Source of the DNA: Nitrospirales bacterium
Lineage (GTDB): Bacteria > Nitrospirota > Nitrospiria > Nitrospirales > UBA8639
Direction: 5' to 3'
Assembly (NCBI GenBank): GCA_049607825.1
Contig: JBMYWX010000001.1
Coordinates: forward strand, 1 to 37,914
Length of the DNA stretch: 37,914 bases
In this document: piece by piece, positions 1 to 9,027 of the stretch
Layout: every line of letters begins with the position of its first letter
How positions within the stretch are numbered: position 1 is the stretch's first letter
Position numbers and translations under genes: made by a program
Notes under the pieces: generated by a model
Seen by the model: only the letters and a program-made list of their open reading frames with translations
Database searches by the model: none
Told to the model about the DNA's origin: nothing

Positions 1-56
1 AGGAGTAACAATGTTCAGCAAACTTCCCATAAATAGTCTTTTTCTCCTTCGTGCAT

Positions 57-1007
57 CTACACTGCAACGGCAACGGGCTTAGAATGATTCACGATGGCCC
101 TTACTGTTGTGGATAGATGTTGTACATGAATTCCATAATGACCCAAGAGATCAGCTTGGGACCCATATCGATCTGGAAATTCGTCAGGAATTCCTATTCG
201 TTTAAAGCATTTACGTTGACGAAAGTCGGTTTCAGCGATGACCTCAGCAATGGCACTTCCAAGCCCCCCGATGATCGAATGTTCCTCGATTGTCACTATC
301 GCGGGGACTGAATCCATTAGACCAATAAGTGTTTCTGCATCAAGCGGTTTTACAGTCGGCACATGCACAACTGCTGCATTGATTCCTTCATCTTCAAGCT
401 GGGTTGCGGCTTGTAATGCAATATTCAGCGTCACCCCCGTTGTCACAATTAAGGCATCCCTCCCTTCCTTCATCTGAAACACAGGTCCAATCTGAAAGGG
501 TTCATTTTGTTCTGTTAGAATTGGATCGCCTCCCTTTGCCATTCGAATATAAATCGGACCTGAATAGTCTCTGCTTGCGCAAATGAGTTGGCGCATTTCC
601 GAGGCATCTGCAGGAGCGACAATCGTCATTCGAGGCAAGGCCCGGAGAATCGCGATATCGTCAATAGCAAGATGTGTCGGTCCTAATGGTGCGTAAACTA
701 ACCCACCACCACTACCAAGTAATCGCACATTCGCATCATGCAAACAGACGTCGACGGCTAACTGCTCAAAGCAACGTCTAGTCAAAAACGTTGCAATCGT
801 ATTGACATAGGGGATCTTTCCTTCAAGGGCAAGTCCCGTTGCGATTCCAATAATATTTGCTTCGCTTACGCCTTCCATGAAAAACCGTTCGGGCATTTCT
901 TGTCGAAACTCATTGAGAGTCCCATTACCCAAATCCGAACCTATAAAGAAGATTCGAGGATCCTCTTTGGCCAAATCATACACCGTATCCAAACAAGTTT
1001 TTCTCAT
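57..1007 (-). CDS. Transketolase, C-terminal (pyrimidine-binding) subunit, copy 1
   Basis: 316-aa ORF. Transketolase C-half motifs: EGVSEANIIGIATGLALEGKIPYVNTIATF and IEEHSIIGGLGSAIAE. Its start forms an ATGA overlap with the stop of the N-half ORF upstream. Confidence 0.9.
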   Translation of the reverse strand: MRKTCLDTVYDLAKEDPRIFFIGSDLGNGTLNEFRQEMPERFFMEGVSEANIIGIATGLALEGKIPYVNTIATFLTRRCFEQLAVDVCLHDANVRLLGSGGGLVYAPLGPTHLAIDDIAILRALPRMTIVAPADASEMRQLICASRDYSGPIYIRMAKGGDPILTEQNEPFQIGPVFQMKEGRDALIVTTGVTLNIALQAATQLEDEGINAAVVHVPTVKPLDAETLIGLMDSVPAIVTIEEHSIIGGLGSAIAEVIAETDFRQRKCFKRIGIPDEFPDRYGSQADLLGHYGIHVQHLSTTVRAIVNHSKPVAVAV

Positions 1008-1867
1008 CGTGAGTTTGCCAAACCTTGAAACAATGTTTGCATTTCAACATCACTAATTTTACTTTTGTGATGCCAAGCAGGATTACTTTCAGCAAAGGGG
1101 ATGCCTCGGCCTTTGACCGTGTGGCAAATTACAAGGCTAGGTTTATTTTTTATTTTGGGTAGTTCACTGCACGCGTCCTTTAGCGCAAAAACATCATGGC
1201 CATCTACTTCGACGACATGAAAACCAAACGATCTCCACTTATCTGCAAGCGGCTCTAAATTTTGAACGTTTTCTGTCTGACCATAAGACTGGTATTTATT
1301 ACAATCAATCATGACCGTGAGATTGTCTAGTTGATGTTTTCCAGCACTAAGAGCTCCTTCCCAGATTGTCCCTTCGTTTGACTCCCCGTCTCCAACAACT
1401 ACATAGACTCTGTTCGCAGCATGCTCATACTTCGCATGTAGGGCACAACCAATTCCGATTGAAAGCCCGTGGCCTAAGCTTCCTGTTGAAAATTCCACTC
1501 CAGGAGTTTTGTGATTAGGATGCCCTCCTAACATCGCTTCAAAAGAACAAAACTTCTTCAGTTCTGATCGTGAGATAAACCCTTTATCTGCAAGTATTGC
1601 ATAGAGTGCCAAACACCCATGACCTTTGCTGAGTATAAAGCGATCGCGACCACTCCATTTTGGATCGGAAACGTCATATTGCAAAACTTCATCATACAAA
1701 ACTCTAAGAATTTCGATCAGAGAAAAAGCGGAACCGAGATGCCCTCGTCGTGCGGCCTTCAGCATACCAAGAATTTCTCGGCGTAAATATTTCGAACGTT
1801 CATCAAGAACAGTCGAAGATTCTGATGTTTTAGATAAAGGCATATATGTGTCTGTCATACTGTTCAA
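1004..1867 (-). CDS. Transketolase, N-terminal (ThDP-binding) subunit, copy 1
   Basis: 287-aa ORF. Contains GSLGHGLSIG and the ThDP motif GDGESNEGTIWEGALSAGKHQLDNLTVMIDCN. The start is uncertain (Met at 1867, 1858 or 1843) and overlaps the upstream kinase stop. Confidence 0.9.
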   Translation of the reverse strand: MNSMTDTYMPLSKTSESSTVLDERSKYLRREILGMLKAARRGHLGSAFSLIEILRVLYDEVLQYDVSDPKWSGRDRFILSKGHGCLALYAILADKGFISRSELKKFCSFEAMLGGHPNHKTPGVEFSTGSLGHGLSIGIGCALHAKYEHAANRVYVVVGDGESNEGTIWEGALSAGKHQLDNLTVMIDCNKYQSYGQTENVQNLEPLADKWRSFGFHVVEVDGHDVFALKDACSELPKIKNKPSLVICHTVKGRGIPFAESNPAWHHKSKISDVEMQTLFQGLANSR

Positions 1868-2783
1868 TTATTTCGGATAACATACATTTCGATTTTTGTA
1901 GTTGTCTACGCTGGCGTTCTTGCCAGTTTTCCTGCGAATACGCTGCAAACTGTCGACGTGCTAATTCGTCGGGGAGAAATTCATTGAGCATAATTAAACA
2001 CCATTTCATCCCGAACAAGGGATACATACAATTCATTCGATACACGATATTTTTCTCTTCAACGAACACGGAAATCATATTTTGAAGAAATCGTTGTTTC
2101 ATACGGTGGGTTAACTCCATCGCTGGATGCAAAAGAAAGTCCACCATAAGCTTCACTGGATCGTCCCACCCAAAGTATTCAAAATCTACGAATACAAGCC
2201 CACACGTTTTCTTTTGTATGACATTATGAAAACCACAGTCTGAAGGGCTCAACGTACGTTTCTTTACTGCTAATTCTTCACTCTTCAATAAACCGCATTT
2301 TTCTATAGCTTTGATACAGTAATGTCTAATTTTTTCATAAGTAGGAATGAAGGTAGACTCAAGAAATCGTTGAAGCTCTTGATGTTGATTACTCAAAGAG
2401 AGACATGCTCGAAGCCGAGTAAGCCGTGTCTCGACCGTCATCAAAACACCATCCAAAGAGAACGCGGCCTCAGACGCTGAGGAAAATTCCAGACTTCCAC
2501 TCTGCTCGCTCAATTGATACAAGTGTTTGAGAAAACGACATACCTCATCTATATCGGAGAGTTCAATGTCAGTGGATTTCAAACCTTGCCCCTCAACAAA
2601 TTCATACACTCCACAACCGACATCTGGTATCATACAAATAGGACGCGGCACTTGATCTACTCCATTGTTACGCAGAAACGACAAAGCAGAAAACTCGGTC
2701 TGAAGGCGATCGCGTTGATCCCGTAAAGACTGGTGGTAGTACTTCACCAGATACGAGGTTCCATCTTCACACACACACTTCAT
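1830..2783 (-). CDS. APH/choline-kinase-fold phosphotransferase (substrate unknown)
   Basis: 317-aa ORF. Kinase-fold core: YLVKYY (beta3 Lys), SPSDCGFHNVI (catalytic loop), VFVDFEYFGWDDP (metal-binding DFE). The homologous-looking N-terminal segment lies upstream of the first ATG (see findings), so the 5' boundary is unreliable. Confidence 0.75.
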   Translation of the reverse strand: MKCVCEDGTSYLVKYYHQSLRDQRDRLQTEFSALSFLRNNGVDQVPRPICMIPDVGCGVYEFVEGQGLKSTDIELSDIDEVCRFLKHLYQLSEQSGSLEFSSASEAAFSLDGVLMTVETRLTRLRACLSLSNQHQELQRFLESTFIPTYEKIRHYCIKAIEKCGLLKSEELAVKKRTLSPSDCGFHNVIQKKTCGLVFVDFEYFGWDDPVKLMVDFLLHPAMELTHRMKQRFLQNMISVFVEEKNIVYRMNCMYPLFGMKWCLIMLNEFLPDELARRQFAAYSQENWQERQRRQLQKSKCMLSEIIEQYDRHIYAFI

Positions 2784-2886
2784 AGCTTGACTATTCTGAC
2801 CACGTTTAATCCAAGTACGTGCAACAATCTCATGTCCTAACGCTTCTTCTAGGAAGTCGTCTTTCCTTCGAGTACATCGATTTGAC

Positions 2887-3525
2887 TTAGAGAGGGAAAC
2901 AGTAATGGTCTAATTCCTTCCATGTTTCATATGGTAAGACTCGGCTATGGCGATCCTTAGCATCTCCACCAGGATGAAACCAGAGCTGCTCTACACCATC
3001 TGGGAAATGTGGTTCACAGAACGTTTCATGGAGATCATCGATAAAACAAGTACACTTTTGACGAACAATTCTTTTGACTTTCAGCTCCCGCGTATCTTCA
3101 AAAAACACGTGAGCATGAGGAATACTCCACTTGTGATCGCCAATAATTTTTTGCGCTCTTAACCATGTCCAGGCAGCTTTTCTAAAATCAATATCCGTTT
3201 TCTTCTTCGAAGGATGTTGTGTTTTATGACTAATGATAAAGATTGGGATACTTCTGGCATTCGCCCTTTCGAAAAACTGAAGGACGCCAGCTGAAGGTAC
3301 AGCTTCAAGTATTCGTTCGCCATACACAGTTACTTGTAAGTTCCACCAATCATCATCTCCTGTTGATCGACTTCGTACACGATCTCGAATCTCTCGTTTG
3401 CAATGAGGAGTATAAGTGTCAATGAATCCACGCTCACATGCGAGCTGATAAAACAGTTCGTCGTAATTAATAATGGTATTATCCAGGTCTATTCCGATTA
3501 TCTGCTGAAATTCGCTCACAAGCAC
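2887..3525 (-). CDS. HAD-superfamily hydrolase (probable sugar-phosphate phosphatase)
   Basis: 212-aa ORF. HAD motif I GIDLDNTI (DxDxT) is near the N terminus, followed by IFIISHKT and a late CFIDD acidic motif. The GTG start directly abuts the TGA of the upstream SDR gene. Confidence 0.75.
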   Translation of the reverse strand: MLVSEFQQIIGIDLDNTIINYDELFYQLACERGFIDTYTPHCKREIRDRVRSRSTGDDDWWNLQVTVYGERILEAVPSAGVLQFFERANARSIPIFIISHKTQHPSKKKTDIDFRKAAWTWLRAQKIIGDHKWSIPHAHVFFEDTRELKVKRIVRQKCTCFIDDLHETFCEPHFPDGVEQLWFHPGGDAKDRHSRVLPYETWKELDHYCFPL

Positions 3526-4530
3526 TCAGACCAATTGCACTTCTTTCATCCGCTTGATATTGAAATACTGGCTATCCTCAAAAGAATTAGGAATTTGCCC
3601 ATCCTGAAAGGCTGTCATTAAATCGCCAATGGCGTCTCGAACTGTATGCTGAGGAGTAAACCCTAATTCGCGAGCAATCTTTTCAGAAGAAATATGATAC
3701 GAACGATGATCATTCGTTTCCGTTTGAACAATTTCTACATCAGAGCCCACACAACCTTTGACCATCTCCGCAATTTCAGAGACACAATGGTTATGGTAGC
3801 CGGCATTAAATACCTGCCCATCAACCTTCGCCGATGGCCATTCCAAGGATTGTGTATACACCTCAACCATATCTTGAATATGGATATTAGGACGTTTTTG
3901 CTCTCCCCCATATACCGTGATCTTTCGATTGTTGACTGCATGATTGGTCAAAATATTTACAGTAAGATCGAGTCTCAGACGTGGCGAGTAGCCACAGACC
4001 GTTGCGGGACGAATCACAAGAACCTCAAAACCTGGCCATCGTTTCTCGAGCAAGATCTTTTCACACAGTGCTTTGAATTTGGAGTAGTCCGTTAATGGTT
4101 CAAGCGGAAGATCTTCTGTAACATGCTCTTCGTTCTTTACCCCATAGACACTGGATGATGAAGCATAGATAAAACGTCGAACGCCTGATTCACGAGCGCA
4201 ATCCACTAACCCGGTAAATGCATCGTAATTTATTGAGCGGCCCAACTCTGGGTTTAATTCAAAGCTGGGGTCATTCGAAATACAGGCTAAATGGATGATC
4301 GCATCGCATCCTGGAATTGACTGCTCTAAGATGACGCGATCGCGAATATCTCCTCGAATCTCTTCAAGATTCTCATGACCTCGAACCCCCTCCAACGCTG
4401 ATTCGCCATAGAGGTACAGGTCCAGTACTTTGACCCGATGCCCTTCCGCTAAGAGACGAGGCACCAAAGCGGAACCGACATATCCCGCACCACCAGTCAC
4501 TAAGACTACCTTGTCATCTTGAACTCTCAT
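3526..4530 (-). CDS. NAD-dependent sugar epimerase/dehydratase (extended SDR)
   Basis: Rossmann motif VVLVTGGAGYVGSAL and catalytic YSKFK (YxxxK). The ORF is open to 4557. I place the start at ATG 4530 (MRVQDDK...), which is preceded by GAGGAAG. Confidence 0.85.
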   Translation of the reverse strand: MRVQDDKVVLVTGGAGYVGSALVPRLLAEGHRVKVLDLYLYGESALEGVRGHENLEEIRGDIRDRVILEQSIPGCDAIIHLACISNDPSFELNPELGRSINYDAFTGLVDCARESGVRRFIYASSSSVYGVKNEEHVTEDLPLEPLTDYSKFKALCEKILLEKRWPGFEVLVIRPATVCGYSPRLRLDLTVNILTNHAVNNRKITVYGGEQKRPNIHIQDMVEVYTQSLEWPSAKVDGQVFNAGYHNHCVSEIAEMVKGCVGSDVEIVQTETNDHRSYHISSEKIARELGFTPQHTVRDAIGDLMTAFQDGQIPNSFEDSQYFNIKRMKEVQLV

Positions 4531-4618
4531 GAAATCTTCTTCCTCATAACACAACATGAAACGTCAAAAGTGAAAAATAAGTTGTTCGTATCTCAATTCA
4601 CGTTTCACCCATAATCTT

Positions 4619-6154
4619 TTACTTTAAGAGCGATTCCACTCCCCGTCTTAGCTGTACGGCATCCACTGATCGACTATTTCCAACCGTCATCACCGATTGC
4701 GCTCCCGCAAGGTTTCCGATGAGCCCAACGATATCAGGTGGCGCACCCATGGCTACACATGGCGCCGTCAACGCAAAAAGCGCATCCCCCGCCCCTATGC
4801 GATCGACGACTTTTGTCGCTAATGACGGACTTTCGAAAAAACCTTGATCCTGTTGATACAACAGTGTCCCTCGTTTCCCTTGGGTCACCATGACCGAAGG
4901 ACATCCCAGGCCGGTTGAGAGACGTTTGATAATATCGTTCATATCGCCATGGGAGTCACGTTGATCTAACCGAATCTCAGTTTCGTGAATGGACACATAG
5001 TCGGCCCTGGAATATTTCGAAATTGTGTGAAATCCATTATTTGCAGCATTGATTTGAGTATTAACCGCCAGAAACGGAGATTGTGTACCCACTAAGTCAA
5101 TTGCGGCCTTTGTCATGAGTCCATGGCCAAAGTCCGCGGCAATTACGACATCATACGAAGCTAATGTTCCGTCTAATCGTTCACATAGCTCCGCATTCTC
5201 ACGACTTGTAAGATCAGCATCGTTCATTTCATACACTTCAAAGAGTTTCGAAAATTGATATTCTTCAATAAATCGACGCTTCACAATCGTTGGAGATCCA
5301 GTCTTATAGATGAAGTGTGGGTGGATATTCGGTTTCAAATGACGGCGAATAAAATTCTCCTGAGGTTGAACCGTTCCCAAGTATGAAACCAGGTCCACAT
5401 GGTCGCAACACTCAGCTAAATGATTGGCGATTGCCAGACTTCCACCCGCATGTATTTCTTTAGATTGATACTGCATCGCCAAGATCGGCTCTTTCGATGA
5501 TTTCCCAAGCGCATGGCAATAGACATATTCATCCAGAATCGCTTCGCCAAGCACCAACACACGGAGAGATTTCATGCGTTCGAGATAGTTGATCACATTA
5601 GCAGCCGTGTAACGTTCCCGAAAATTCGTTAACCACCCGTTGAGATCTGATGGAAACATCGGCACATAGCGGTTCAGTAAACTCGTTGAACTAAATTGCA
5701 CATCGTTGGTTGTTTCAAGACGACCCCCAATAGATTGGACGGCAGCTGTTTCTCGTTCGATTCCACCAGTTAAATCAGGACGACCAGATTTATAGTCTGG
5801 TCCTTTTACATAAATATCTGGTCTCAGAGATTTAATCGCATTCTCTGCTGTCTCCCATCGATTCACTGTGACATAGTCCACAGCATCGAGTGCTGCAATG
5901 CCTTCAACACGAAGATCTTCCTGAAACGCGGGTCGATGAGGACCTTTGTTGACATAGCAATCTGGTGTAACCGTCACGACCAGCACATCCCCTAATGCTT
6001 TAGCTTCCTCGAGATGTCGAATATGACCAACATGCAGAAGGTCAAAGACTCCATGACAATGGACGATAGTCTTACCTTCATCACGAGCTTCTTGAAGAGT
6101 TGATTCTAAATCTTCAAGAGATTGGGATTTTTTACAGACTGCCAGACTTGCCAT
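4619..6154 (-). CDS. Bifunctional nucleotidyltransferase (N-terminal, HxGH class) / PfkB sugar kinase (C-terminal)
   Basis: 511-aa ORF. N-terminal part: IVHCHGVFDLLHVGHIRHLEEAK (HxGH, cytidylyl/adenylyl-transferase fold as in RfaE domain II or TagD). C-terminal part: VLVLGEAILDEY... and DRIGAGDALFA (ribokinase/PfkB signature). Confidence 0.85.
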   Translation of the reverse strand: MASLAVCKKSQSLEDLESTLQEARDEGKTIVHCHGVFDLLHVGHIRHLEEAKALGDVLVVTVTPDCYVNKGPHRPAFQEDLRVEGIAALDAVDYVTVNRWETAENAIKSLRPDIYVKGPDYKSGRPDLTGGIERETAAVQSIGGRLETTNDVQFSSTSLLNRYVPMFPSDLNGWLTNFRERYTAANVINYLERMKSLRVLVLGEAILDEYVYCHALGKSSKEPILAMQYQSKEIHAGGSLAIANHLAECCDHVDLVSYLGTVQPQENFIRRHLKPNIHPHFIYKTGSPTIVKRRFIEEYQFSKLFEVYEMNDADLTSRENAELCERLDGTLASYDVVIAADFGHGLMTKAAIDLVGTQSPFLAVNTQINAANNGFHTISKYSRADYVSIHETEIRLDQRDSHGDMNDIIKRLSTGLGCPSVMVTQGKRGTLLYQQDQGFFESPSLATKVVDRIGAGDALFALTAPCVAMGAPPDIVGLIGNLAGAQSVMTVGNSRSVDAVQLRRGVESLLK

Positions 6155-6156
6155 AA

Positions 6157-7176
6157 TTAGACCTCACACGTAATTGCTTCAGACGTTTCTCTACCCAAAT
6201 ATCGAAACCAATCCGACGAAGCTTCCGCAATTGAAGCAGGGTCCCACACGGGAGCTCCCTCCCATGCACGAATATGCTGAAGCATGATATGAACACCCTT
6301 TTCAAACCTAACCTTAGGTGACCATCCAAGCCAATCTCTTGCTTTCTGGGTATCTGCAAATGTGCAATCCGGCTCTCCAGGACGTTTGGGAATCGTAATC
6401 GTTTCACCACCAAGGAGCTCAACTAACCGATTCACGCTATAGGTTCCACCCGACCCAATGTTGAAGATCTCTCCTGAAAAGTCGGAGACTGCAGATTTGA
6501 CAAATGCATCCACCACATCTGTAACAAATGTAAAATCACGTGTTTGCGTACCATCGCCAATTACCGTAAAGGGTTTACCTTGAAGCTTTTGAGCCAGAAA
6601 CACCCCAAAAACAGCACCATAGGTCCCGGATGTTCTTGCACGTGGACCATAGACGTTAAAAAGACGAAGAGACACAGCGGGCAGACCATATATTTTTGCC
6701 CAATGCATCACTAACTGTTCGCCTAAAGATTTGGTTAAGGCATAAGGATATTGAGGACGCGTTTCTGAAGATTCTGGTGTGGGATACACATCAGGTATGC
6801 CATAACATGATGATGAAGCCGTATACATAAACCGCTGCACTCCTGCATGACGCGCACATTCAAGAAGGGTGGCCGTTCCTGAAACATTAGCGTGGAAGTA
6901 TTTCATAGGACTAACAATAGATGGGACAATGTCCGCCAATGCTGCCATATGAAACACCCATTCAATGCCTTCCAACGCACCTCGCACAGCTTGTAGATCA
7001 GCCACATCACCTTCGTGAATCGTCAACCGTGCCTGTCCCTCTAGGTGCGCGATGTTCTCTCGTCGCCCAGTTGAAAAATTGTCCAACACATGAACTTGAT
7101 GACCATCATGGAGAAGTCGCTCCACCAGATGACTCCCTATGAATCCAGCTCCTCCAGTCACTAACACATGCTTCAT
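6157..7176 (-). CDS. NAD-dependent sugar-nucleotide epimerase/dehydratase/decarboxylase (extended SDR)
   Basis: 339-aa ORF. Contains MKHVLVTGGAGFIGSHLVERLL, the SSSCYG serine and YPYALTK (YxxxK). Confidence 0.9.
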   Translation of the reverse strand: MKHVLVTGGAGFIGSHLVERLLHDGHQVHVLDNFSTGRRENIAHLEGQARLTIHEGDVADLQAVRGALEGIEWVFHMAALADIVPSIVSPMKYFHANVSGTATLLECARHAGVQRFMYTASSSCYGIPDVYPTPESSETRPQYPYALTKSLGEQLVMHWAKIYGLPAVSLRLFNVYGPRARTSGTYGAVFGVFLAQKLQGKPFTVIGDGTQTRDFTFVTDVVDAFVKSAVSDFSGEIFNIGSGGTYSVNRLVELLGGETITIPKRPGEPDCTFADTQKARDWLGWSPKVRFEKGVHIMLQHIRAWEGAPVWDPASIAEASSDWFRYLGRETSEAITCEV

Positions 7177-7493
7177 TAGACACCCTTTATCTTGTGGACA
7201 TCATAAAAACCAATTCACTCCAACCAATCGCGTTAGACACCGCCACCTCTAAATACATCGACTTTGCAAAACCTAGACCTCTAAGGATCATTTAAGAAAG
7301 ACGTTGCTTTTAAAAGGTATTTCCTGAAGAATATCTAGTTTTACACATCGCCAAAGAACTGTAAGCAAAACAAATCGTCAAGACTTTGACGAAATGGCGA
7401 AGAGATTGGCATAGAAGCCATGGAAGTTGGGGTGGAGCTGTAAAGCTAGTAAACTTTGAAGAAAGTACAAAACGGAAAATGAGATACGAAGTC

Positions 7494-8120
7494 TTATGCT
7501 GCGGAGTCGATAGGAAGAGCTATGGTACGAAGTACAGGACGAGTCGAAGGTTTTTTCATGAGCGTTTTGGGCTTTCCCATTTCAACAATAAGATCACAAA
7601 CCGAGAGCAACCAGAGCTGATGAAACGTTTCAATGTGATTATAGGAACGGCTTTTCAGCCAGAAGTTCAGAACTCCACGGGATCGCAACGGATTGGATGC
7701 AGCAAATCCAGTGAAAGTCACAAGCGAAAGCCCTCGCTTATTGGCATAATCAGCAGCCCGAACCATGTTCATGGAACGTCCACTCGAACTGATCAACACC
7801 ACCACATCCCCATCATCCGCATAGAACTCCAGAGCTTTCTCAAGCCAGTGCTCATAGCCATAATCATTAGCAAAACAGGTAATCAATGATGATTCGTTAA
7901 AATTCACGCATCGAATCCCAGCAGCTTTTGTAAAGTCAATTGCACAATGGCTGGCAATGGCCGCACTGCCGCCATTCCCAGCGATCACCATTTTCTTCCC
8001 TAAGATGTGGCAAGACAATACGAGATCTTTCAGCGCAATCAGTTGGGCATGAACATCAGTGGCTACTAAATGATCTTCGAAGCTCTTAAAATATGAGTCA
8101 AGAAATTGACGATCACTCAT
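7494..8120 (-). CDS. gmhA: SIS-domain sedoheptulose-7-phosphate isomerase-like protein (GmhA family)
   Basis: 208-aa ORF. Contains MVIAGNGGSAAIASHCAIDFTK and VVVLISSSGRS, with a size typical of GmhA, LmbN or DiaA. Confidence 0.8.
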   Translation of the reverse strand: MSDRQFLDSYFKSFEDHLVATDVHAQLIALKDLVLSCHILGKKMVIAGNGGSAAIASHCAIDFTKAAGIRCVNFNESSLITCFANDYGYEHWLEKALEFYADDGDVVVLISSSGRSMNMVRAADYANKRGLSLVTFTGFAASNPLRSRGVLNFWLKSRSYNHIETFHQLWLLSVCDLIVEMGKPKTLMKKPSTRPVLRTIALPIDSAA

Positions 8121-8136
8121 AAGATCTCTCCCTCAC

Positions 8137-9027
8137 CTACTGAGGTATCACAGATTCAGTTTGCATTGTTTGATGGATTTCACTAATGGTTTGAAGTAAT
8201 CCCTGCCCAAAGTCGATAAATGGATTGCAAATCATCTTTTTTCCAGGCTCAGGAGTAAAGGAATAGGGTGTATACGTGTAATGACCTTGATACTCACTAT
8301 GCAGATATTCAATATCTATGCCATCATCCATCATTTCACGAATCATATTGAGTAACTGAGAATACTTGAACCGCTCTACGCCCGTCAGGATGACATGTTG
8401 ATTCCGATATTGTTCTGCCAGAATTTGGACACTCAGCGTGGCCGCATCTTGAACATGAATATACTCACGCTCTTCTTCCCCATCCCCCTGAAAGGTTATT
8501 TTTCTTTCGACCAATGCCTGCTTAACCAACTTATAAATACGATTCTGTGAGTCAGATCGTGGCCCATAGACGGAACCATAACGAATTATTGTATAGTCCA
8601 AGTCATATTGCCGACTAAACTCTTCAATAATTTTCTCCGAACAACGTTTGCTCACTCCATAAAATGACCCTTTTGACGAGAACACATAGGCCGTGCTGGC
8701 ATACACAAACCGTGAGACTGAATGCGTCACACATGCATCAAGTACATTCGCATTGCCCAAGATGTTAAGCTCTAAAACTGGTAATGGGTTATTGATCGAT
8801 GCATTCAAATCTGCAAATCCTGCAAAATTGTAAACCAAATCTTGGCCATCAACGACTTCATGAACAGCTTGTCGATCGAGTAGATTGCCAACAACCATCT
8901 CTTGAGAATGCTGCAGATATGCTGAAGGAGTCTTGTCAAAAATCGTGACGTGATGCCCCTGTTTCGTAAACTCATCCGCGACAAAACTTCCTAGAAATCC
9001 TGAACCACCAAAAATCAGAATATTCAT
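8137..9027 (-). CDS. NAD-dependent epimerase/dehydratase (SDR)
   Basis: The start is set at ATG 9027 (MNILIFGGSGFLGS), giving an ATGA overlap with the upstream stop at 9024. The longer ORF to 9126 has no Rossmann context. Catalytic YGVSK is present. Confidence 0.85.
   Translation of the reverse strand: MNILIFGGSGFLGSFVADEFTKQGHHVTIFDKTPSAYLQHSQEMVVGNLLDRQAVHEVVDGQDLVYNFAGFADLNASINNPLPVLELNILGNANVLDACVTHSVSRFVYASTAYVFSSKGSFYGVSKRCSEKIIEEFSRQYDLDYTIIRYGSVYGPRSDSQNRIYKLVKQALVERKITFQGDGEEEREYIHVQDAATLSVQILAEQYRNQHVILTGVERFKYSQLLNMIREMMDDGIDIEYLHSEYQGHYTYTPYSFTPEPGKKMICNPFIDFGQGLLQTISEIHQTMQTESVIPQ

Noticed and set aside
1-30. A possible 5' end of a further minus-strand gene (ATGGGAAGTTTGCTGAAC..., GAAGGAG 13 nt upstream)
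   Set aside because: Only 10 codons are visible, too few to support a call.
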